Of a stretch of 33,986 nucleotides of DNA, positions 1 to 8,500 are shown piece by piece. Numbering within the stretch: the first letter of the stretch is position 1; every line of letters begins with the position of its first letter. The stretch spans positions 1-33,986 of the forward strand of contig DASXQR010000053.1 in the NCBI GenBank assembly GCA_036507075.1, in the 5' to 3' direction. Below the pieces are notes generated by a model. The model was given only the letters and a program-made list of their open reading frames with translations, made no database searches and was not told the origin of the DNA. The position numbers and the translations under genes are program-made. This stretch comes from Acidobacteriota bacterium. GTDB taxonomy: Bacteria > Acidobacteriota > UBA6911 > JACQSX01.

Positions 1-141
1 TTTTTAGGCTACTCGGCCGCGCTGTGGCAGAACTCGATTTGGTACAAGCGCGCATGGAGTATCACGCTCAAGTCGACGTTTGACGGACTTGTGTACGCGC
101 TCCTGACAGCCGGAACCTTCGGATGGCTGTGGCCGCGGTAG
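1..141 (+). CDS. 3' end of a membrane protein (partial, runs off window start)
   Basis: Frame 1 reads [46 protein letters not shown] (TAG 139-141); hydrophobic and Trp-rich; not in the ORF track. Confidence 0.7.
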   Translation, partial: FLGYSAALWQNSIWYKRAWSITLKSTFDGLVYALLTAGTFGWLWPR

Positions 142-161
142 CCAACAGTCGGAAAAGTCGA

Positions 162-222
162 ACCGCGAAAGCGCGAAGGCGCGAATTGAGCGTCTGCCTT
201 CGCTCTTTCGCGCCTTCGCGGT
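162..222. repeat. Inverted array of 8-bp tandem units (GCGCGAAG-type) forming a hairpin
   Basis: Left arm accgcgaaagcgcgaaggcgcgaa (162-185); right arm ttcgctctttcgcgccttcgcggt (199-222); a solo right arm recurs at 14380-14401. Confidence 0.85.
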
Positions 223-273
223 GACTTGGAGTCCGTTGGGTCGGTAATCCCGCCGTCATGACAGGAGCATTTT

Positions 274-964
274 TTGGATACCACAGCCTATCTGGAACGG
301 ATCAACTATCGCGGCTCCATTGCGCCCACCGCCGAGACATTGCATCGATTGCACGTGGCACACCTGCTGGCGGTTCCTTTCGAAAACCTGAGCATTCATT
401 CAGGAGAACCGATCATCCTTGAGGATGAGGCCCTGTTCGACAAGATCGTCACCCGTCGGCGTGGTGGATTCTGCTACGAGTTGAACGGACTGTTTGCCGC
501 GCTGCTGCGCGCGTTGGGCTTCCAGGTCGCGATGCTCTCAGCGGCGGTTATGAATGCTGAGGGAGAGTTGGGGCCTGAGTTCGATCACATGACTTTGATG
601 GTCCTGCTTGAACAGCGTTGGCTCGCGGATGTCGGGTTCGGCGATTTGTTCCGCCAGCCGCTGCTCTTGGATCGAGGAATCGAGCAGGTACAAGGGGAAC
701 GCGCTTACCGCATCGATTCTGACGGTGATCATTTGATCCTGATGCAGCGTGACGGCAACGGCGCGTGGAGCACGCAATATCGCTTCAGCCTGAAGCCTCG
801 CGTGTATGCCGACTACGCAGGGATGTGTCATTATCATCAGACCTCGCCACGGTCGCACTTTACGCAGCGCCGCATTTGCTCACGCGCATGAGCGGGAGCT
901 TCAGGATGAGGCGGAGCATGCCGAGGCGCTGCGCGAATACTTTGGCATTGTCGCGTCGGGTTGA
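274..964 (+). pseudogene. Arylamine N-acetyltransferase with probable internal deletion and frameshift near 886
   Basis: PFENL, RRGGFCYELN (catalytic Cys), FDH and DVGFG motifs; RBS aggag then TTG at 274; ORF stops at 891 after SHFTQRRICSRA, but a NAT-like C-terminus HERELQDEAEHAEALREYFGIVASG* continues in the +1 frame (887-964). Confidence 0.75.
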
Positions 965-997
965 GATCTTCCGGTCATTACCATAACAAGAGGCAAC

Positions 998-2428
998 ATG
1001 AAAATCCTGCGTGCCGGTTCCCGGATGGGCGCCACGAGCGCATCTAGAATCCTGCTATTTATGTTCATCACGGGGCTGCTGCACGCCGGCGAATGGCTCC
1101 GTTTCCGCGGCCCAAACGGTTCCGGAGTGTCCGAGACCACCGGCCTGCCTGCGGAGTTTGGAGCTAGCAAGAACCTGGTGTGGAAAATACAGGTTCCCTT
1201 CGGGCGCTCCTCGCCCGTCGTCGCCGGCGATCGCGTTTTCCTCACCGCCAGCGAAGGTGACAAGCTGATTACGCTCTCACTGGATCGGAAGACGGGAAAA
1301 ACTCTCTGGCGGCGCGAGGTTCTCCGGACGCGCCACATGCCGATTTACAAAGGCAACGATCCCGCCTCGCCGACGCCTGTGAGCGACGGGAAAAACGTGT
1401 ACGCCTTCTTCGCAGAGCTGGGATTGATATCGTACACTCCCGACGGCAAGGAGCGTTGGCGACTCCCGCTTGGCCCCTTCAACAGTTTCTACGGTTTGGG
1501 CGCTTCGCCAATTCTTGCCGGCGACACGCTGCTGATGGTGTGTGATCAGCGGACAAACTCGTTTCTGATAGCGGTGAATGCCGCAGACGGCAGAGTTCGC
1601 TGGAAGGTCAGCCGAGCCAATCCTGTCGAGGCCTTTTCCACACCTGTGATTTACAAACGGGAAGGGGGGACATCCCAGGTGCTGGTGTTCGGCTCCCATG
1701 CGCTGGATGCGTATGCGGTGGATACCGGAGAGAGATTGTGGTGGGTGGGTCAGGTAGGGTACTTCGCCAAGGGCGTGCCGGTCGTCGGTCGGGATGCCGT
1801 TTATGTGAGCGCGCCCGGGTCAGACCAACCGGAGATGCCGCCCTTTCAGGAACAACTTAAGAAGTATGACACGAATCGCGACGGGGTGATTCAACTTGAC
1901 GAAATGAAGTCGGAGCCGTACATCACCGAACACTTCGGATGGGTGGACTCGGACGGAAGCGGCTCGGTTGACGAACGCGAATTCAACGTGATTCGTTTGG
2001 CCGCCGGTGCCGGGCACGGCCTGACAGCCATCCGGCCGGGCGGCAAAGGAGACGTCACGGGCAGCAATGTTCTGTGGCGCCTCAAGAAAGGGTATCCAAA
2101 TATTCCGGCGCCCCTGCTGTACAAGGACGTCCTCTACCTGGTAAAGACTGGCGGGATCATCACGGCGCTGAACCCTGCCAACGGCGAGGTTTTGAAAGCA
2201 GGCAGGACGGAGTCGGCAATGGAGGAGTATTTTTCTTCCCCAGTTGCAGCCGACGACAAAGTATTCCTGGTCAGCGAGAGCGGCAAGGTGACCGTGCTCA
2301 AAGCCGGGGCCAATTGGGAAATCCTTGCCGTCAACGACCTGGATGAGGATTGCTGGGCCACTCCGGCCGTCGCGGATGGACGAATCTACATCCGCACGCG
2401 CAGCTCGCTGTATTGTTTCGGGCGGTGA
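998..2428 (+). CDS. Secreted PQQ-binding-like beta-propeller protein with inserted EF-hand pair
   Basis: Signal-like N-terminus; WLRFRGPNGSG; repeated SSPVV/ASPIL/STPVI...G...W motifs; DTNRDGVIQLDE and DSDGSGSVDERE EF-hand loops; start may be the second Met. Confidence 0.85.
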   Translation: MKILRAGSRMGATSASRILLFMFITGLLHAGEWLRFRGPNGSGVSETTGLPAEFGASKNLVWKIQVPFGRSSPVVAGDRVFLTASEGDKLITLSLDRKTGKTLWRREVLRTRHMPIYKGNDPASPTPVSDGKNVYAFFAELGLISYTPDGKERWRLPLGPFNSFYGLGASPILAGDTLLMVCDQRTNSFLIAVNAADGRVRWKVSRANPVEAFSTPVIYKREGGTSQVLVFGSHALDAYAVDTGERLWWVGQVGYFAKGVPVVGRDAVYVSAPGSDQPEMPPFQEQLKKYDTNRDGVIQLDEMKSEPYITEHFGWVDSDGSGSVDEREFNVIRLAAGAGHGLTAIRPGGKGDVTGSNVLWRLKKGYPNIPAPLLYKDVLYLVKTGGIITALNPANGEVLKAGRTESAMEEYFSSPVAADDKVFLVSESGKVTVLKAGANWEILAVNDLDEDCWATPAVADGRIYIRTRSSLYCFGR

Positions 2429-2466
2429 AAAAATCGACGCCACCGGAGCAAGAACGTGAGAAAAAA
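2425..2466 (+). mobile_element. Fragment of MITE-like element end (same family as 11948-12040 and 33862-33986)
   Basis: gtgaaaaaatcgacgccaccgg (2425-2446) is identical to 33869-33890; agaacgtgagaaaaaa (2451-2466) resembles the element terminus. Confidence 0.7.
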
Positions 2467-2512
2467 CCATTGGCCCCGGGTGCGGCTTTGCCGCAAGTCC
2501 ACTTCGATTTAG

Positions 2513-2608
2513 TAATTGGGGACTTAATTGGGGACGACTTAATTGGGGACAGTCCCCTTGGACTATTGGGGACAGTCCCCTTTGGACTTAGGGACTGTCC
2601 CCTATTTA
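2513..2608. repeat. Cluster of GGGGACAGTCCCC-type palindromic (REP-like) repeats
   Basis: taattggggac x3, ggggacagtcccc x2, gggactgtcccc x1. Confidence 0.8.
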
Positions 2609-3600
2609 ATGAGGTTTACATCGGGGGACTTACGCTTTCGGCAAACTTTCCGGTCAAGGATGCTCTCCAGCCGACGCGCGCCGGTGAATTCGACGGATTT
2701 GTGACGCGCCTGACCGCAGCCGGAACAATCGATTTTTCCACCTACCTGGGAACCGTGGACACAAATGTCAAATCCATTGCCCTGGGTGCAGGTCAGGCTC
2801 TTAAAACTAATCGGCGCGACACGGCCTATGCCACGCTCTCCAGGGACATAGGCGCCGCAGGCTCAGGGTCGAGACCAGGCGGATCGGTCACGGTGTTCAG
2901 CTTGATCGCGGAATCTTTTGAGCCGCCTCTGGATGTTCCTTTTACGGCCGCCGATGCCGGCGACATGCCCTTGAACGATCCGTGGACCTGTCTGGTGTCA
3001 TCCGAGTCGGAGGATCCGACGGGCGGTTGCACGTTGCCGGTCGGCAGCGTGGTCTTCTCCATCAATGGCGCGCGAGGAATTGCGTCGCAGGCCGGAGTGC
3101 TCAATTCACCTGAAACAACCGCTTCCCGCCTGTTTGCGGAAGTCGCTACCGATCCGCTTTTCCGAAATACCGGCATTGCGCTGGTGAATCGCAACGCTAC
3201 CGCTGCCACGATCAGATTGACGCTCACGCTCTCCGATGGCGCCTCCCGCACCGCCACGATTACACTCGCGGCCAACGCCCATATCGGCAAATTCATCAGC
3301 GAGCTCTTCCCGGACCTGCCGTCGAATTTCCAGGGAGTGCTGACGATCAGCAGCACCCTGCGCGTTGCAGCCGTCACGCTGCGGCTCACGATCAACCAGC
3401 GCGGCGAACCGATCCTGTCGGTTCTTCCAGTGGTGGACTTGAACAGCCCGCCTCGGGGCCCGCTGTTTCTGCCGCACATAGTCAACGGCGGTGGATTTAC
3501 CACGCAGTTCATCGGCGTCAACACAACCAACGCCCCCGGCAACCTGACAATCGATTTCTTCAACGATCAAGGGGTCAGAGTGCTGCCGCCGATTCGTTAA
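2609..3600 (+). pseudogene. 5'-truncated remnant of a large secreted protein (SBBP beta-propeller repeat fragment plus C-terminal beta-sandwich domain)
   Basis: VYIGGLTLSANFPV..DGFVTRL..FSTYLG is an SBBP-like repeat; NTGIALVN...LFLPHIVNGGGFTTQF C-terminal domain; the N-terminal part of ORF 2350..3600 is translated repeat DNA with no credible start or signal peptide. Confidence 0.6.
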
Positions 3601-3696
3601 AGTCGACGCGGCCTGGGAAGGAAACGGCGCTGCTCTGACTCGCGCGAGCCGCGGATTACGCGAATAATTTCCAGTGGTGCGCGTGCGGCAAGGGAC

Positions 3697-4932
3697 TTAT
3701 TGCCGCAGATAAATCAATCCAATGCCTGCGGCGAGAGTGAGCAAGGTAAGCGGCAGCCCGACCTTGAGGTATTCCAGGAACGAGACGCGTACTTCTTTTC
3801 CAGCCGACTCGAACACGATGATGTTCGCGACCGATCCAATCACCGTGAGATTGCCTGCCAGCGTTGCCGCCATCGCCAGCGTGATCCACAGCTCCTGCGC
3901 ATTAGGAATGATCCTGAGAACCGGAACGTAGAGCAGCACTGCCGGGACATTGCTTACTACATTCGACAGAAGCGCGACGGCGCCGGAGAATTTCGCGAGT
4001 TCCAGGACGTTGCGGGCGCTGTGCGGAGTCGGGAGGTGTTCAAACAGGAACCTGACAGCGCCTGCCCTTTCTACGCCGTGAATGACGATGAACAAGCTGG
4101 CAAAGAAGAGTAACAGCGACCAGTCAATGCGTTTTAGCGCTTCGCGCGGCTTGGCGGCGCCCGCGATAATATTCAAGGCGCCAAGACCCATCGCCACACC
4201 CGCCGGCGGATAGCCAAGGCAAAGAAGGATCACCATCGCTGTGCCACATCCGGTCGACACTGCAAACAGCGGGCGATCAATCTGAAGGGGCTGCCGCGGC
4301 GCAGGCACCGTCAGGCCGCGGTGCACGATTTCCTTTCGGTATATCCAGGCGATCAGGTACAGATCAATCAATAATCCAAAGAGGGAGATGGGCCATAACA
4401 ACCACGTAAAACGCATAAAAGAGACGCCGCTCTTGACGCCGATCATCGCGTTCTGCGGATTGCCGATAATCGTCATGGCGCTCCCAATATTGGCCGCCGT
4501 CGCGATGCCGATCAGGAACGGAACGGGATTGAGCTGTAATCTGCGAGTTACTCGCACAATTACAGGTGTCAGCAGCAGACAAATCGTGTCATTCATGAAT
4601 ACGGCGGAAAGCAGACCCGACGAAAAAATCACCAGCCGCAGCAGGCCGAAAACGCTCCTCGCACGGCCGACCAGAGCCCTTTCGAAAACTTCAAAGAATC
4701 CCGACAATTCCAGGTACGCAAGCTGGATCATCATTCCCAGCAGGAAGAGAATCGTATCCATGTCGATAGCCTGGTACGCCTCGCGCAGCGGCAGCACGCC
4801 GAACAACACCATGGCCACTGCGCCGAGAAGCGCCCCGGCAGGTCGACCGATGTGCAGACGCGGAATCTGCTGGATGGCTATGACGGCGTAAGTAACAAGG
4901 AAGATCAGTAAGGCAATGGTGAACTGGCTCAT
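3697..4932 (-). CDS. ArsB/NhaD-superfamily (CitMHS/SLC13-like) anion permease
   Basis: Multi-TM; LSAVFMND, AANIGSAMTIIGNPQN, LSNVVSNVPAV and GNLTVIGSVANIIV motifs; ATG at 4932 preferred over TTG at 4947. Confidence 0.85.
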   Translation of the reverse strand: MSQFTIALLIFLVTYAVIAIQQIPRLHIGRPAGALLGAVAMVLFGVLPLREAYQAIDMDTILFLLGMMIQLAYLELSGFFEVFERALVGRARSVFGLLRLVIFSSGLLSAVFMNDTICLLLTPVIVRVTRRLQLNPVPFLIGIATAANIGSAMTIIGNPQNAMIGVKSGVSFMRFTWLLWPISLFGLLIDLYLIAWIYRKEIVHRGLTVPAPRQPLQIDRPLFAVSTGCGTAMVILLCLGYPPAGVAMGLGALNIIAGAAKPREALKRIDWSLLLFFASLFIVIHGVERAGAVRFLFEHLPTPHSARNVLELAKFSGAVALLSNVVSNVPAVLLYVPVLRIIPNAQELWITLAMAATLAGNLTVIGSVANIIVFESAGKEVRVSFLEYLKVGLPLTLLTLAAGIGLIYLRQ

Positions 4933-5146
4933 CGCTGTCAGGCTCAAAGCGTAACAGACTTGTCCGGATCGAAACAGCGGCCGCGCGCCTGACTCTGACG
5001 GTGAGGCGCTGCAAAGCAGCGCTAAATCGTCGTGGCCTTTGTCATGTCGGAGCCGGGTGGGTAAGCGCCCGGGCTTAGCGATCTAAGTCTGGAGCAGTTG
5101 GTAATTGGACAGGCCCCCGCACTAACGAGACTGTCTCAAAACCTTG

Positions 5147-5172
5147 GTAGAGACGGCCCGCTGGGCCGTCTC
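5147..5172 (+). repeat. GTAG-type REP-like palindrome
   Basis: GTAG followed by agacggccc-gct-gggccgtct stem-loop. Confidence 0.65.
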
Positions 5173-5189
5173 CTGCATAACTTTCGACC

Positions 5190-5255
5190 GGCACGATCAA
5201 TGAAATCCGCTCCCTCATGCGGCAGGTGCAGTTCGCGGTCAGGCTCGATTTTTAG
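5190..5255 (+). pseudogene. Orphan 3' end of a TonB-dependent receptor gene, copy 1
   Basis: GTINEIRSLMRQVQFAVRLDF*; alternating beta-strand ending in Phe (compare [10 protein letters not shown] of the intact TBDR in this window); in-frame stop just upstream at 5178. Confidence 0.65.
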
Positions 5256-5263
5256 AGTGTTTG

Positions 5264-5318
5264 ACCACAAAGACACGAAGGACACAAAGACTCTGGTGTC
5301 CTTTGTGCCCTTTGTGGT
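5264..5318. repeat. Inverted array of 8/9-bp units (ACCACAAAG/GACACAAAG)
   Basis: accacaaagacacgaaggacacaaag ... gtgtcctttgtgccctttgtggt; same family as the outer arms at 32242 and 32463-32488. Confidence 0.85.
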
Positions 5319-5351
5319 GAATAAAACGTCCCGCCACCACCAGTTTGCGTG

Positions 5352-6902
5352 CTACTCGCCTGCTTTCTGCTTTCCGTTCTCGTCCGTTATCAGATGGGGA
5401 CTGCCGGCCGGCAGCACCCGCAGCGTTTTGAGGAATTCAATGACAGAGTCCTGCTCCTGCCGGCTGAGCGCCTGAAAGGCCTGACGCGACGCGAGCGCTT
5501 CGCCGTCGTGCGCCAGAATCGCCTGCCTCATGGTCGTGAACAGTCCGTGATGAAAATAAGGAGGCTGGTTGGCTACTCCCCAGAGCCTTCGAGTGATGAA
5601 CTTGCGATTTCCCGCGAAAAAGCCGATCGATCCCAGCGGCTGGTTTTGATCCAATGCTTCACCATTGGGGTCGTTCTGACCGGAGCAGATGTCATGCAGC
5701 TTGAAATCTGTAAATGCGGGAACATGGACCACGCCGTTGACAGGCTTGAGACGTGGCTGGGGCAGCGCATCACTGGTCAAATCGACGCTCAACGACGGCG
5801 CATCGCCGGGCCTGAGGTTCTTCACCGGGTTATAGGGGTTCGGCTCGGTATAAATCCAACCCTTGTTGTCCAGAGGCAGAATCGGAATGTGGCAGCCTGC
5901 GCATCCGATTTTTTCAAACCGGTTGGCCCCCACGTGCACGGCAAGATCAACAAAAAAATCATTCGGAATCACGCGCCCCGGCACCGCCATGGTCGCCTGA
6001 AACATCGCCACCGCCGTTACATCGGCCCGCGTCATCTCATTGACGACGCCGTCTCCATCCGGATCCGCTCCCACCCCGAAGCGCTCGGTTGTCTGAATCC
6101 CATGATGATGGTTGAAAGCGTTATTGGTGAACTCACGCAGTGAAACCACGGCACCCGCCTGGTGAAACGGCTTGATGATGAGACTGGGAGGTGAATCCGG
6201 GCCGGTCGTTTGCAGGCTGGTAGCCGGCAATCCTTCGATCCGAGAAACATCCCATCGACCATCTGCAAACCGCGCCAGCGTACCAAAGGATATTCCCTTC
6301 GACCGCAGCGGCTTTGAAGCGCCGGCTGCCAGGCTATCCCGGATAGTCTGCAGGTCTGTTGTTATCTGGCGCGCCAGCATCTCGATGAACCCGGAACCGA
6401 ACATTCCAACCGTCTTGCGCGAATTGGAAATGGACTGCATGTTGACCAGCACTCCGCCTTCATCGATCGCCCCTCTGCTGGTGATCAAATCCCTGCCGTC
6501 AAAAGTGGCAAAGTCGAAGCGCTGGCCTAGAACAAATACATTCGTCACAAAGTCGCCGGCGCCGCCGGAGACCGGAAGATTGTGACAGCCGGCGCATGAG
6601 TTGGCGTCCGGCGCTGAAATGCGGTTGAAGTTTCGCGGGAAGACCAGGGGAGAGTTCGCATCGCTCAGCGGATTTCCATTGCCCTTGGTCAGGGGGCGTC
6701 CTCCACCCTCCTGAATGGTCCAGATGGCGTTAAAGAGTTTCTGCCCGAAGGCAATTACGTCGGTGATTGAAAGCTGAAACTCTTCACCGTCCTTAAGGTG
6801 GGTAGAGATGGAGACCTCCTGCCCAATCCTACGCTCCGCCGCATTTGCCAGGGCCGCCGCCAGAAGAAGACTAAAGAACAGTATCCACGCAGTTTTTCTC
6901 AT
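5352..6902 (-). CDS. Secreted di-haem oxidoreductase (DHOR / thiol oxidoreductase-like) family protein
   Basis: Signal peptide; two CAGCH haem c motifs; FTDFKLHD, RRLWGV, YFHHG and AILAHDGEA match the family's DLLLHD/PLWG/YLHDG/AILWHGGEA pattern. Confidence 0.8.
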   Translation of the reverse strand: MRKTAWILFFSLLLAAALANAAERRIGQEVSISTHLKDGEEFQLSITDVIAFGQKLFNAIWTIQEGGGRPLTKGNGNPLSDANSPLVFPRNFNRISAPDANSCAGCHNLPVSGGAGDFVTNVFVLGQRFDFATFDGRDLITSRGAIDEGGVLVNMQSISNSRKTVGMFGSGFIEMLARQITTDLQTIRDSLAAGASKPLRSKGISFGTLARFADGRWDVSRIEGLPATSLQTTGPDSPPSLIIKPFHQAGAVVSLREFTNNAFNHHHGIQTTERFGVGADPDGDGVVNEMTRADVTAVAMFQATMAVPGRVIPNDFFVDLAVHVGANRFEKIGCAGCHIPILPLDNKGWIYTEPNPYNPVKNLRPGDAPSLSVDLTSDALPQPRLKPVNGVVHVPAFTDFKLHDICSGQNDPNGEALDQNQPLGSIGFFAGNRKFITRRLWGVANQPPYFHHGLFTTMRQAILAHDGEALASRQAFQALSRQEQDSVIEFLKTLRVLPAGSPHLITDENGKQKAGE

Positions 6903-7297
6903 GAATCAGCTCCACAAAAAAGTAACACTATTTCAATTCCGGAATTCAGCAGGCTTGCTTTGTGACTGCGCACTGTAACACTTGATTCGGTTCTGGTAAA
7001 GACAGGACTCGGCTCTGGTAAAGACCGAACAGATTCGCTGATCGCATTGTGTGCTGACTCGATGTCATTCAGGTTTGCCGTCAGCGCCTCATATTTGGTT
7101 GTGTACTGCCGCACGAACTCCGCGTGCCGATTTAGAATTTCGCCGGACAATCCTTTCTCTTTTATGAAAACTTCGAGTCGCCTGAAGTAATCTTGAATCT
7201 CCTCGTTCTCCTCGACTAGCCTCCCCTTCAACTCACTGAACCTTCTGATGTCGGCAAATCCCTTATCTGGGTCGGTTTTGGTTTTCATCGCTTGCAT
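6899..7297 (-). pseudogene. Helical protein fragment, probably a remnant of a larger gene
   Basis: Lower GC; protein-like helical core (EENEEIQDYFRRLEVFIKEKGLSGEILNRH) with an aberrant-looking C-terminus. Confidence 0.35.
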
Positions 7298-7423
7298 CGA
7301 TTTAGGATAGGTATCATATTGATCTCCGTAGGTTCTTCATCAAGAGCCAAAGTCTCCGGAAACTCGAGGGCATGGGTCCCATGGCACCCTCAGCCTCCTG
7401 CTCAGGGAGCGGAGCGCTGATTT

Positions 7424-7537
7424 CACGCCGAGCACTCCGATCACCTGGTCTTACTCAAGGTGGATCCGATTTTCGATGGCCTCCGCTCGGATCCGCGTTT
7501 CACAGACCTGCTACGGCGCGTTGGTTTTACACCTTGA
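7424..7537 (+). pseudogene. Orphan C-terminus of a TPR-containing (kinase/winged-helix-TolB-TPR type) protein
   Basis: [37 protein letters not shown]; preceded in frame by TGA at 7418; not in the ORF track. Confidence 0.7.
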
Positions 7538-7607
7538 GTTCACATGTAGGAAGATTGGCCTGTGATTCGGCATGCTGGCACGCTATCGGCCTGCCGGAGT
7601 TGGGCCA

Positions 7608-7636
7608 TTGACATGGTAGCTACGAGTAGCTACCAT
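7608..7636 (+). promoter_or_regulatory. Sigma70-type promoter with overlapping palindromic operator of the TA operon
   Basis: TTGACA (7608-7613), 17 bp, TACCAT (7631-7636); perfect 11-bp inverted repeat atggtagctac-ga-gtagctaccat (7613-7636). Confidence 0.75.
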
Positions 7637-7642
7637 AATGGG

Positions 7643-7948
7643 ATGCAGCTAAGAACTGTGGGGGTCAAAGAACTGAAGAACAATCTCAGCGCGTATCTTC
7701 GTGAGGTCCGCCGGGGGATCAGGATTTTTGTATCCGATCGAGGTGTAATTGTTGCAGAGCTCCGCGAGCCACTCCAGGACAGTGTTTCCCCGCCATTCTC
7801 AACCCCGGCTTTGGCCGATTGGATTTCCAGCGGTATCGTTTCGGCTCCTTCAGCGAAGAAGGAAAAGCTTTCATTATCTCCGGTAAAAATCTGCAGCGGG
7901 ATCGCGCTTGAGCTCCTTGAGGCAGAGCGCGAAGAAGAGATTCGTTGA
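7643..7948 (+). CDS. Phd/YefM-family antitoxin
   Basis: MQLRTVGVKELKNNLSAYLREVRRG.RIFVSDRG..VAEL; overlaps the toxin start. Confidence 0.85.
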   Translation: MQLRTVGVKELKNNLSAYLREVRRGIRIFVSDRGVIVAELREPLQDSVSPPFSTPALADWISSGIVSAPSAKKEKLSLSPVKICSGIALELLEAEREEEIR

Positions 7949-8358
7949 CGCTATATCTGGAAACTTCTGCGCTGCTCGCGTGGCTTTTGGGTGAGCCACG
8001 ATCTCGAGAAGTTATCTCGCGTATCAATGCCGCCAAGACGGTCGTTACGTCGGTCGTGACTCTCCTGGAAGCGGAAAGAGTTCTGGTTCGCGCCGAAGCG
8101 CAGGGTATACTCGCGGCTGCCGACTCTCAGAAACTCTCCGGCATACTCGCCAAGGCCGCAAAAGGATGGATGCTGATGGAACTTTCCGAGCAAGTCCGCA
8201 GGCGCGCCGCCGAAAGGTTTCCTTTGGAACCCGTCCGCACGTTGGATGCAGTCCACCTGTCGACGGCGCTGATCTTCACCCGAGCTTTCCCAGATCTGAA
8301 GCTTTTCACTCACGACGACAGGATTCGCCGGAACGCCCTGACACTGGGACTTCAATGA
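7945..8358 (+). CDS. vapC: VapC-family PIN-domain toxin
   Basis: LYLETSALL, TLLEA, RTLDAVHLSTA and THDDR acidic PIN motifs; follows the antitoxin. Confidence 0.85.
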   Translation: MTLYLETSALLAWLLGEPRSREVISRINAAKTVVTSVVTLLEAERVLVRAEAQGILAAADSQKLSGILAKAAKGWMLMELSEQVRRRAAERFPLEPVRTLDAVHLSTALIFTRAFPDLKLFTHDDRIRRNALTLGLQ

Positions 8359-8433
8359 GTGTCCGATTTTGAAAGAGTCAATGGTAACCACTTGCACCAC
8401 GACTCGGTGACAGTCAAAACCGACAGCAACGCA

Positions 8434-8499
8434 GGCACGATCAATGAGATCCGCTCTCGCATGCGCCAGCTGCAGTTTGCGGTGAGATTGGATTTTTAG
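8434..8499 (+). pseudogene. Orphan 3' end of a TonB-dependent receptor gene, copy 2
   Basis: GTINEIRSRMRQLQFAVRLDF*; diverged direct repeat of 5190-5255. Confidence 0.65.
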
Positions 8500-8500
8500 A

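Noticed and set aside
2350..2608. N-terminal part of the 416-aa ORF
   Set aside because: Overlaps the propeller gene end, the MITE fragment and the GGGGAC repeats; open by chance
4950..5130. Several small hairpins upstream of the anion permease (possible riboswitch)
   Set aside because: No recognisable riboswitch consensus; would need an Rfam/Infernal search
7576..7590. TGGCACG-N4-CGGC sigma54-like motif
   Set aside because: Poor -12 element, and a better sigma70 promoter with operator lies just downstream
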